Assembly: GCA_021432655.1 (NCBI GenBank)
Contig: MU271213.1
Location: forward strand, 111,726 to 151,542
Length of the DNA: 39,817 bases
DNA from: Atractiella rhizophila
Taxonomy: Eukaryota
Direction of reading: 5' to 3'
The notes beneath the pieces were generated by a model. The model ran no database searches. It was not told where the DNA came from and saw nothing but the letters and a program-made list of their open reading frames with translations. Numbering within the stretch: position 1 is the stretch's first letter; every line of letters starts with the position of its first letter. The translations under genes were made by a program, and so were the position numbers. Below, piece after piece: positions 10,489 to 22,581 of this stretch.

Positions 10489-13400
10489 ATGACGAGGAGC
10501 GAGAGTGGGACGATATTCACAGCACTCGATAGAAACGACCGTCGCTCTATTCCTTGCTTCAATCAAGGATGCGAGAAAGGTTCTTGGGCAGTTCCTGCTC
10601 AGCAAAAGCACTTCCATCGACGATTAGTAGTGCTTCTTTCCCTTATTCTTGCCTCAGCAATGTACTTTTCCCCCTTAACCGCATGGGCTCCTTTGCCTTC
10701 GTCTCAAAGCACATTGCGTGCGACTGTATCCTCCTCAGCGCCTCCTTCGGGAGTAACATTCGATGAATACTCACTCTTGATCAACGGCCAACGCATCTTC
10801 CTTTCCTCTGGCGAGTTTCATCCTTGGCGCCTGCCGGTTTCGGCCTTATGGCTTGATATTCTTCAAAAAATGAAGGCGCTTGGATTCAATGGAGTCAGCA
10901 TATATACACATTGGTGAGCGCCTCTTCTCTTTGAGACCATTCCTTGAATTGAGCCGTTAGGGGAATGATCGAACCGCGCCGAGGAGAGCTTGACTTCGAA
11001 GGTATCAATGACTTGCAACTGTTCTTTGACATGGCCATGGAAGCTGGGCTTTGGGTTACAGTCAGGCCGGGTTCGTTTGCCAATACATATACGACCCTGC
11101 TTATTCGATCCCCAGGCCCATATATTAACGCAGAGACCACCGGCGGTGGAGTGTGCATTTTCCCGCCCTCTTGACACGGTTCTGAACAAAGACGTAGATC
11201 CCAGGATGGGTCGCTGGCTCTATCCCTACACTTAGAGACAACTCAACTGCTTATTTCGAAGCCTGGAAACCTTACATGACCGAAATTTCTAAAATCACCG
11301 CTAGAAATCAGTTTGATAAAGGAGGACCAGTGATCCTCTTTCAGGTGAGTTTAACTATTGCATGTCGATTAGCCGAAAGAGGTTGAGAATTACGTAGGTT
11401 GAGAACGAATATGTTCAGAATGAACAAACAGTACCATATATGGAAAGCCTTATTGCGATAGCTAAAGAGAATGGCATTGTGTGTTCGTTCTTGACTCGTA
11501 TTCTTTCGTTTGAACACTCAGAACAGACGGTTCCGATAACGTTCAACGATGCAAACGAAAAAGACAATTTTGCTCGTGGTCCCGGCGCTGTCGAACTTTG
11601 TACGGGTACTCTCTACTTTGTGTTTACTGAACAGAGACGTGCACAGATGGATTCGATAACTACCCACTCGGATTCGGTTGCGCTACGCCTTCATTCTGGC
11701 CAGCGAGTGTTTCAGAAACTCATTATTCCTATCACAAGAGAGTAAATCCTGAGCAGCCGTAAGTCTTTGTTAGGAGCTGCAATGTGTCTCTTGATTTTTT
11801 AGGTCTTAGTCTTTATTTTCCTGAATGTAAGCGATTGCTTCGGCGGTTAGCAACATTATCTTCGTCCCTTACCTTCCTGTAGACCAAGCTGGTGTCTTCG
11901 ATGCGTGGGGTCCAAACTCACCAGGTTACGACAAATGCTTAGTATGCTCTTTTCCTTTCTCCTTTTCGTTAGGATTCTGAGTTGCGGCGCAGGAATTTTT
12001 CAACGATCAATTTGAGTCAGGTAAACCTTCAGAGCCAGTTATGATTTCTGCTGAATAGGTCCTTGATCAGTATATTACCGCAAGTGAGATTGATCTTTCC
12101 TGCATGTGGCGTGCCTGACAAGAATGAAAAGCTTGTGGGCCCAGAATTCTAAGGTATGTGCGAAGCTTTGTGAGGCGATGAACAACCTTATCTTGTTTAG
12201 ATGATAAGCTACTACATGGCTTATGGAGGCACCAATTGGTGCGCCTCAGATCCTCCGTTGCAACCTCTCTTATTCTTAGCCCAGGGGACATATTGGCTCA
12301 CCAAGAGTGTACACATCGTATGAGTGAGTCCTCCTTCGCTCGTTCTGCGAGCCTTTGTTCATATTCCAGTAGTTACGGTGTAAATATTCCACGACACTGA
12401 TAAGTGCATCTGATATCCTGGACAGTCGCCGATCCGGTTGGTGATCCTGCAGTTTCTTAACGTACATCTAACGAGACTGATTGTATCTTTATCAGGGAAT
12501 CTCGAGAACTTGCACAGAAAGCATCAGAGCTGAAAAGGCAGCTCATCTTCCTACGAGGGTGCGTGTTTGACTTCTACCTGTACGGACCCCTGTCTAACAC
12601 TATAAAGCATGAGGGACTTCTACAAGACCGTTCAGATTGCGAATAGCACAAGTAAATACACTGACAACGATGACATTCATGTAACCGAGCTCAGGAATCC
12701 TGATAATGCTGCCAAATTTTTCGTTCTTAGGCATAAGGACTCGCGCTCAACGTCAGCTTCCGATTCTGCTTCACGAGCCAGTCGGTTAAGTGCTAACTTT
12801 AATGCAAAGGTGTACCTCTACCTTCACTGTGGAGTTCGCTGGCATGTGGCAGTTCCTGCCATCCGTTGGTCGTACAATGCAGCTGCACGGCCGCGAAGCT
12901 AAGGTGGTCGTTTCAGACGTTTCTATGGGGGAAAGGAAGTACGAACCTCTTACTACATCGCAGGTTCGTTTTCTCACTTTTCAAGATGCCATTGCGCTCT
13001 TTTCAAAGAATACCCTGCTGAATTTTTGTCAGATGTTCTTCTCTGGAAAGGTTGGTCACAAGACCGTCCTGTGCTTCTACCACGGCGGCGACAATCTGTT
13101 TACATTCACATTTCCCGTTAGTCATGGGTCATCCGGAATCCCTCAATCTTTTGGTGGCAGTTTAGAGATTGTTGCCGAGGGAGAAGTTATTACCTATATT
13201 TTCGAAACGGTAGCAGACATGGCGATCCTCCATTGGGTCCGCTCTGATATCATCATCGTTTGCACGACAGCCGTTTACACCGATCGACTTTGGGCCCCAG
13301 TAGTTCAAAATCCAAACAATGCTCCCTTTGATTATTTTGATGGAGTCGGAGACACTGGTAACATCTTAGTATGGGGTCCTGATCTCGTTCGAACGGTGAA

Positions 13401-14894
13401 GAGGACGGCAGACGAACTCTTCATTGATGGAGATATTAGCGCAAATACGACCGTTGAACTTATCTCTCCGCCCTTTAAGAGGTTATATTGGAACAATGAA
13501 GAAATCTCGTTCGAGGAGAAGTCTATCAATCACGTCACCAGTTATTGGTGGAGTGCCAACATACTGTTTGAGAATCCGGTGGTTGAACTGCCCAACCTTG
13601 AACAATTGGAATGGTGGATGAAAGACGGATTGCCTGAACGTGAGAAGGAGTTCGACGACTCGAGGTGGAAGATTGTTGAGGGGGATCTCAATGCTTGCAG
13701 GCATGGCTTGTACGTTCCTTATCCCTTGAAAATTTTGTCTGAAAGGTAGTGAATGTAGCTGTGTTGGTCACGTTCTTTACCGTGGTCATTTCGTCGCTTC
13801 TCGGAACATGACAGGAATTAGCCTCACTCTGAGGGGAGGAACCGGTAAATATCTATCTGACCTATTGCATGCGCTTGATGAGTTTGTCCAGGTTTTGCTG
13901 CATCAGTCTTCCTGGACGGTTTCTTCATAGGAACAACGTATGGCAACTCATCAAACCATCAGAATGATATTCCGGAGACAACAACCACATTTCAATTTCC
14001 AGAAGGGCTCCATCACAGCAACGATCAGAAGCACTTGGTAACTGTACTTTGCGATAACATGGGACTTGAACGCAGTAACGATTCCATCTCGCACGATGCA
14101 ATCAAAGATCCAAGAGGAATCGTTGCGTGGGATTTTGTTGGTCACTCAGCCAAGCTCATCGACGAGAATATGGTATGGAAAATTCAAGGGAACATACCGT
14201 GCGCTATTTCTCTCCAATCAGGCGCTAGAAATGAATAAATAACTTTTTATAGGGACGACAAAGTTAGGAAGGCTTTTAATGCAGGTGGATTATTCGCAGA
14301 GCGAGCAGGGTGGCATCTGCCTTCATGGCATGGTTCGGAGCCAGAATGGAGCATCCACTCTCCTATGAGGAATGGATCCTACAACGCGACCGTTAAGTGG
14401 TTTCAAACGACATTTGATCTCAATATTCCTGAAGGATACGATATCCCGATGTTTCTCCAGCTCCCTCCACCTTTGTCGGCGAATGGGCTGAAGGAACCAT
14501 ATCGAGCTCAAATTTATGTGAATGGATGGTTTGTGTCTAAGACACCTCTGTTCAGAGTAGTTGGCTGAACACTGGGCAGGCAAATGGGCAAGTATGTTAG
14601 CAACCTCGGACCCCAGTTCAAGTTTCCTTGTGAGCCACGATAACACGGCCTGAAATGATCGGAAACTGACCTTAGAATAGTGCATGAAGGAATCTTGAAC
14701 TATCGAGGGAAAAAGTGAGTGAGATCCTTTCGTTCATTATGGTATGTCGAATGTTGGTTTCTAGCACTCTGGCAATTGCTCTATGGGATTTGGAGGAAAC
14801 TGGAGCAAAGATTGGCTCCCTGTCAATCAGACATGGCGCTATCTATCACATCGGGAAGAAGCCTCGCAGAAGGACTCCCAGTCCACCCAGTTAA
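10489..14894 (+). CDS. GH35 beta-galactosidase, copy 1 (>25 exons)
   Basis: [57 protein letters not shown], acid/base FQ|VENEY, nucleophile region [68 protein letters not shown] 14892-14894. Start codon uncertain because of the adjacent gap. Confidence 0.92.
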
Positions 14895-15203
14895 TGTTGA
14901 TGTCAATGTAAATTATCAACGAGAGTAGGCGTTAATAACATGTTGACCAACCAAGACCTTTTCTCCTCGTCTCATTCCACACAACATAAGCCTGAGTTAA
15001 TGTAAGTCGATGTAACGCGCAGTGATGCAAACATTTCGCAACAGAGTTCGGGGCGCGCGGAGGCTAAATTTGCAATTTAACGCTTCGAATTCGATTTTGC
15101 GAGCTAGTGGAGGACATCCACTGATTCGACGACCATTAATTCCTACATTTTGGAGAATCTGTAGGTTACGCTTCCTGTGCAACTCCCAGCTCCTGTGAAC
15201 TTA

Positions 15204-18200
15204 ATGCTTTCAAGAGCTCGTCGAGACGAGATGGGCGAGGAGTATTCGACGGACTCGAAGCGAGCTATTGAGCTCTTAGAGGAATATGACTTTGAAAGCA
15301 CAAAGGCACCGAAAAACTCTGCGCCAATAAATCGCCGTAGTGGCTGGTTGAAGATGGCCACTCTGCTTTTCGCCTGCACCACCTACTTTGCAGCTACTTA
15401 TTTCTCTCAGACTTCACAATCGCCGCACGGGACTGTGCAAGACATAAATCCGCCATCTGGAGTAACATTCGACGAGTACTCGCTTATGATAAATGGTCAA
15501 CGAATCTTCCTCTCCTCTGGAGAATTCCATCCCTGGCGGCTCCCAGTTCCTGCACTTTGGCTTGATGTCCTTCAAAAGATGAAGGCGTTGGGGTTCAACG
15601 GAGTAAGCATTTATACGCATTGGTAAGCGCTACGTCGCTATGATGATCTATCATTAACACGGTCAGGGGAATGATCGAGCCTCGTCAAGGCGAGCTTGAC
15701 TTTGAAGGCATCAACGATTTACAACTGTTCTTTGACTCGGCTATGGAAGCTGGACTGTGGGTAACTGTGAGGCCTGGTCAACCTTTTCGAGCTCAGTGCA
15801 CAACAAAAATGGCTCATTTGACCTCAGGTCCATATATCAACGCAGAGACAACGGGTGGTGGTGTAAATCAAAGCTTTCTCCGTGTGACACAGTTGTAAAG
15901 CGGGAACTAGATACCAGGTTGGGTAGCCGCCTCTCTTGCGACTCTCAGGGACAACTCGACGGCTTATTTCAACGCTTGGAAACCGTACATAAGCGAGATT
16001 TCGAGAATCGCGGCTAGAAATCAGGTTGATAAGGGTGGACCTGTCATTTTGTTTCAAGTACGTCACAAATGACACCTGCAGATCTGAAGACATGGGCAAG
16101 CTGAAGATTTAAATAGATCGAGAATGAATACAAGCAGAATAATGTGACCGTTCCTTACATGGAGAGTCTCAGTGCAATCGTGAAAGAAAACGGTGTTGTA
16201 CGTGTCATCAATCCTTCCCGCCTTATTACTTAATGCTCTATGACATGCAGACGGTACCCATCACTTTCAACGATGTCAATGAGAGAGATAACTTTGCTCG
16301 CGGCCCAGGAGCGGTGGAACTTTGTGAGTTTACTGCCCGTCATTAATGCACGAGACAACTTGCGCCATCTCCTCAGACGGATTTGACAACTATCCACTGA
16401 GGTTTGACTGTTCCAACCCGTCTATCTGGCCTTCAAGCGTCGCGGAGACACATTACTCCTATCACCAGAAGGTGAACCCGCAACAACCGTATGTTTTCCA
16501 GTTAAACCGACGAGCCCACTGAGAAGCATTCTGGCAGGCTTTACTTCCCTGAGTGTGAGTGCATCGACCGCATCTGGTTTTAGACCTAGTGATATCTCTC
16601 TGGACTAGATCAAGCCGGGGCTTTCGACGCTTGGGGTCCTACGTCACCTGGGTGAGGTTCTTCTTTATTCTACGCCGAATATACTCAGCCCTCCTCCAGC
16701 TACGATAAATGTCTCGTGTGTCCCCTCCTATCTTTTTAGCTCCCATCTAAATATGTGTATAGGATTTACTTAACGACGAGTTTCAGTCTGGTCCATTTTC
16801 TTGTGGTACTCTTAGGAGCAAACTTTGACCAGACATCGTTATCGAACAGTTTACTACCGGAAGTGAGCCTCTCATTCCTTGCTTTGGTTTTGCTTCTCTA
16901 ACTACCTTTCAAAGTCTCTGGGCTCAAAATGCAAAGGTATTTCAACTGTTCGGGTCTGAAAGTATCTGACCGCGATGCCCTGTAGATGATAAATTACTAC
17001 ATGGCTTATGGGGGAACCAACTGGTGTGTATCCTACTCACCTATTTAGAGAACTCAACGCGCTGTCAGGGGTCAAATTGCGTTTCCTGGTGTCTACACTT
17101 CCTATGAGTAAAAATCTCACTGACTCTGAACGGCCCTGTTTGTTTACTCAATCTCTTAGTTACGGCGTGCGCCATTGCTTTTGATGCAGCATTCATCACT
17201 GATGCGGTTGTGATAGTCGCCTATTCGGTACCTTTTCAAATCGAACCTATCTTCGGTCCCTGACGGTGTTTTTATCAGAGAATCTCGGGAGCTTGCGTTC
17301 AAGGCGCCAGAATTGAAACGCCAACTCACATTCCTAAGATCGTTTGTTTCCCGCTCATATTTGAAAAATAGTATATGACGGGAGGGTAGAGTGAAAGAAT
17401 TCTATAAAACTATCCAGTTATCCAACGGCACCAGCCAACATACCGACAACGACGCAATTCATGTCACCGAGTTGAGGAATCCCGACAATCTGGCTGCATT
17501 CTATGTTGTAAGAAATAAAGACACTCGTACGAAGTGCGCTACTTTCCAATATGGCTTTGGGCGATAAGTAATACTTTGGGTTTCAGAGAGCCATCAACTT
17601 TCACACTGGAAATGGATGGCGTCAGGAGTGGGGTGCTCGAGCTTCCGGTGCGGCTACACGGGCGTGAGGCAAAATTACTGCCATGTGACATTCCTTTTGG
17701 AGATGGCTACATTGCTGGGATGACGGCGCAGGTGCGTCAAATTCAGACTTTATCTATCAATTTTTCTGGGGAGATGACATCGATTCTGCAGATTTTCTTC
17801 GCTGGAAAAGTCGGGAACAGCACCGTACTACATGCTTATGCACCGTGGACAGATGACTTTATGTTTACAGTCACAGGAAAAACACAACCGTGGCCTTCTC
17901 CCAGCGCCTCAGGCGGAAGTGTCTCTGTCAAGACCACTGGCCGTTCTAGCACCTACACAGTCAAACCGCTCAAAAATCTCGTTATCATCTATTGGGCAGC
18001 TTTTGATAGCTTCCTCATCTTCTCTCCGCCGTCAGGCACTGATCGTTACTGGGATTCCATGCTCCAAGGACCGGCCAGCAACCAACACAAGAATTTTGAT
18101 GGAATCGGGAGCTTTGATAACGTGCTAGTATGGGGGCCATACTTGCTTCGAAGCGCACGCAGGGAAGGGGGAGATCTTTTTCTTAGCGGTGATGTGGACG

Positions 18201-19685
18201 GTGACACAGCATTGGTCATCACCTCCCCGTCATTTAAGCGCCTATTCTGGAATGAAGAAGAGCTGCCATTTGAAGATGTGGGTTGGGGATATTTCTGGTC
18301 TGCCAATGTCTCTTTCGGGGATCCAAAGATCTATTTCCCTAAGCTTGGAGAGTTGGAGTGGAGGATGAAAGATAGCCTCCCGGAACGGGAGGCGACTTTC
18401 GACGATACCGCCTGGAAAGAAGGAAAAGACGATTTGGATGCATGCAAATATGGCTTGTGGGCCCTTTTCTTCTCTCAGCAGGATCATTACTCTGAAGTTA
18501 ATGCGCAGCTGTGTTGGACACGTTCTCTATCGCGGTCATTTCCTTGGATCCAATCAAATTCACGGGATCAACCTGACGCTCCGAGGAGGAACTGGTGCGT
18601 GTTCACTTTACTGGACGCAAAAGAACCGACGCACACTGCAGCGTTTGCTGCTTCCGTTTATGTGGACAATTATTTCATCGGAACGACGTATGGGAACTCT
18701 TCAAATCATCGAAATGATGTGCCGGAGACGGAGACGATATTCTCATTCGACACTCCACTCAGTGAAGGAGAACACATCGTAACTATTCTATGTGACAACA
18801 TGGGTCTGGAAGAGAGCAACGACTCTATCGTTCATGAGAGTATCAAAGACCCGAGAGGCGTTGTGAACTGGAATTTTGTAGGTTCTGGGGCTGGAGCATT
18901 GAAGACAGCAACGGAGACAATGAAGTGGAAGGTTCAAGGGAACGTTCTGTGAGTACCTCGAAGCGTCCCGTTAAGCAATGCTGAGGCTGATTTTAAGAGG
19001 GGATAAATTGCGAAAGATAGTAAATGCTGGTGGATTGTATGGCGAGCGTGAGGGCTGGCACTTGCCTTCTTTCTCCCCTTCCAAAGAGGGATGGGTCATC
19101 GGTTCCCCAATGAATGACGGTTCCCCAAGTGCCACTGTAACATGGTTTCGGACCGCCTTCAGTCTTGACATTCCCGAAGGATACGACGTAGCGACTTTTC
19201 TTCAATTCCCGCCTCCTTTGACGAAGACTGCGCTTGAAGAGCCGTACAGGGCTCAGATTTATATAAACGGATGGTATATCGTTTATCCACTAGAATCTAT
19301 GGGTCCTATTCGGCTGATGATGATGTTAAAGGCAAATGGGGAAATATGTTAGCAACCTCGGTCCTCAATCCAAGTTTCCTCGCAAGTTGTCACAACACTC
19401 CTCCCTTCTATCTCTTCAGTCTGCGCCGTCCTGACTCATCTGATTCACAGTGCATGAAGGAATACTGAACTACCGTGGGAAAAAGTAGGTTCCTGCGCCT
19501 TTCTCCCATCTCGAGAACTCACATGAGTGCTTAGCACTCTGACCATTGCGTTATGGGCGATGGAGCACAGTGGAGCGAGCATCGAAAGTCTCTCATTGGG
19601 TTACGATGGCGTGTACAAGACGGGGATGAAGAAGGTGACCTTTAAGGATCAGAGTTGGGAAGAGGAGAAAAATGTGTTAAACTAG
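15204..19685 (+). CDS. GH35 beta-galactosidase, copy 2 (tandem paralog)
   Basis: Same motifs as copy 1 ([39 protein letters not shown]) with almost all intron positions shared; TAG 19683-19685. Alternative ATG at 15231. Confidence 0.93.
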
Positions 19686-19787
19686 TTCGCCTCCAGTACA
19701 GTAACGACAGCAAGGGCTCGAATCATGCTGCTAAACTAAATTCGCGGCATTGCATAGGGTATTGATAACTCAAGAAACTAAATTCAT

Positions 19788-22329
19788 TCAGAGTTTTGAC
19801 AATCCAGAGCTTTGAATCCTCGCGTTCTGGACCCCTGTCGCCCGCAATGGAATAACGTATTTCTTGATGATGTCTAACTTCTCTGCCACCGAGCCTAGGT
19901 TCCAAATTTCTTTGTCTCTGATGTTCTTCATGATTTCTTCGTAAGCAAAACCATCGTACTTTCCAAGCTGAAAAAATCGTCATAGCTTTCCTGGAAAGAG
20001 CAGAACAACTCACCGTGCTCTCTAGTTCCCTGTCTGAGAAGCCAAGAGCATCTGTGAACGGGATACTGAAAGAGGCAATTTTCCTTCCAAGGTCGTCAAC
20101 TCCTTGCCTTAATGCTGAGACTGATGGTGGTGTGATCAAATCGAACTCTAATAAATCTGAAATCGCAGTCTCGTATGTTTTGAGAATCCACTGCGCCTCC
20201 CATCAGCATAGGCTTGAGAAAAGATTGAAGCACAAACGAAGTGGATGATGGTCTCCAAAGCCTCCCAATCTGCACCATCTAGGGATTCGGTGCCATCGTC
20301 ATTTTTATGTTGGATTAGAGTCAGGACTTGATCAATGATCCAATTCTCCGACACAGCATTGGCGACTTTCTCCCCGTACCATCCGACTTCTGTCGACTTC
20401 TTCCCACTGTTGAGCAATCCTGCAATCTTCACAGTCCAGGCACTGGCCCTGGCAGCCGCCAACCTCCTGGCGTGCTGTATCCAACTCGGCACGTCCAAGA
20501 GCTCTAGCCTTGCCTTTGCCTTTGGAGTCGTATCTACTGACTTCACTGCCCCACGAACTACCTGGTTCATCAAGACGTAATTTTCCCCTTCGTAAGTCGC
20601 GCTGGGAAGCGTGTTAGCATATAATCGTCCGAGACCGTTGGAATCAAGGTAACCGTGCCCTCCGCAGGCTCTTCTACACGTTTCGATGCCGCTGATGACG
20701 CGCGAAGTAACATAAGGCTTGAGGGAGGACGCTGCGAGATGAGTTTCGGCAAGGAGGGTCGCAGCCGTTGAAGGAACTGGGTCCGATGAGAGCTGTTCTG
20801 TGAGAGCGTTGTATAAAGTCAACTGCGTTAAAAGATCAGCCCTGAGCGCTGAATTGAGAGAAGATGCGATGATTGCCCTGCAAATTGAAGTGAATAATCT
20901 CAAATCGCATGATCATGATATTATAATGGAGGTCAAGATTGAGGCACCTCCACAACTTCCTGTCGTGAATGACGGCACTCACCATTCTCCTACCAGCGAT
21001 CCCAAAGACCACCGCATCGGCAAGGACGCCTCCTACCCTCAAATACACGCTCTGATATTCCAAAACCCTACTTTCCTCTCCCCCATCTCGTCCCTCCCCA
21101 TTCACATTATCGGCAGAAAATTGTCGTCGTTGTGCCGTATATCGGATGCCAATTGTTGCAGCCTTCTTGAGAGTGAGGGATAATCCAGAGATCATTTGGG
21201 AACGGATGTAGAGCATCTGTCAAAGTTGCCAACATCAATCAATAAACTTAAACGAGCATTGTAGTCGAAGTAGGATGGAAGCTTACTCCAGAGTAAGACA
21301 TCTTGGACAATCCCCGTGGCGGGGATACGTATTTCCCTTCTCTGGTAACGTGTGAATACCGCGAGAGCAAGGATTCTCTAGGGATGCGATGGTGAGTGAG
21401 CTTCATCCCTGTTTCTCCATCAGACAATCGACACTGGTTCTCTTGCGAACAATTCAGGGGTGGCACTGGGACGTACATCCGTTGTCGACACTAGCCATTC
21501 CACCCATTACCTTAGGCCCAATTTCTCCAATCTCAATCCCCTTTAACGGTAAATGGGTTTCTAGGTCCCGTAGCTGAAAATGGAAGAGGTGTGGACCATG
21601 AGATTTGCCGTCGAGAACGAGTTGTGCTTGGATTATGCAACTGTTGAATGAGTTCCCTCAGCTCAACTTCATGGAAACTAGTAAAATGAGGAAGAGGACG
21701 CGCTGGGTTGCAATAAGACCTAAGGCACCTATCCAAAACTTGACGCTGGACGCCTTGGGAGAGTGCAGCACCCACTCATCCGTACCCTTATCGAAAGTGG
21801 CCGTTGTCTCTAATCCTGTCCTCCAGCATGGGACACGTCAGTTGTGTTCGCAGGGGAAGAAATGAAGGAAAGCAGACCAGCAACGTTTGAGCCATGCCCC
21901 AGTTCTGTTTGTGCATAGCAGCCTAGGTGCACACAAGCGATGGCGGGTGGAAGCCACTTTTCCCTTTGTTCGTCTGAGGATTGGGACATGAGGGTAGGGA
22001 GGTAGGCAGTCATATGCAGCTGTAGACCAGTTGGCTTTCCAAAGTGGGTGTTAGCTCTGGTATTCTGATGACACCTTGACAGGGAAGTATACCTCGTCCA
22101 GAAGTGGCACAAGATCATACACTCGTCCATTCGCGATCAACTCCCTCTGCGCTTCCAGTCCCAGAATGAGCCTCTCCTTTCGAGACAGGTACCCGCGCTC
22201 GTTCCTCAACTTCTCGAGTTTGGGAAATTGGCTCGGATCGTAGGAGGAACGTGAACCCACAGGGTTGAGAAAGGAGGTAAGGGCATCAGAGAAGGCGCGC
22301 GTGCGGAGGGGAGCGAGAGGCTCTGACAT
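19788..22329 (-). CDS. Peroxisomal acyl-CoA oxidase
   Basis: LGCYAQTELGHGSNVAG, GIEIGEIGPK..GGMASVDNG, ATIGIRYTAQRRQF, GIETCRRACGGHGY, TYEGENYVL, LGKYDG. The C-terminus GLSKL* is a canonical PTS1 (stop at 19788-19790). Confidence 0.93.
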
Positions 22330-22581
22330 TGTTGCTGTCTCGTTATGCCCTGATACCGTGACTGCTCCAGTATTTGAGCTCTCGGCTATGAGGATGCCGT
22401 CGCGGCCCGTGAAGGAGAAGGGAGAAGGTCAGTTAACTTAGCACTCGAAGGAGCATTTTCTGTCACGGAAGGTCCTCCCCCTCACGCGAGTCACAACCAT
22501 GCATTTATTTATCTCATTCTCTTCGTTACATCTCGCAACTAGCCACAATTCGTTGACTTCTGTAAACTCTGTGTCGTAGTG

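Noticed and set aside
10062..10492. ORFs spanning the N run
   Set aside because: Artefacts of translating through the gap.
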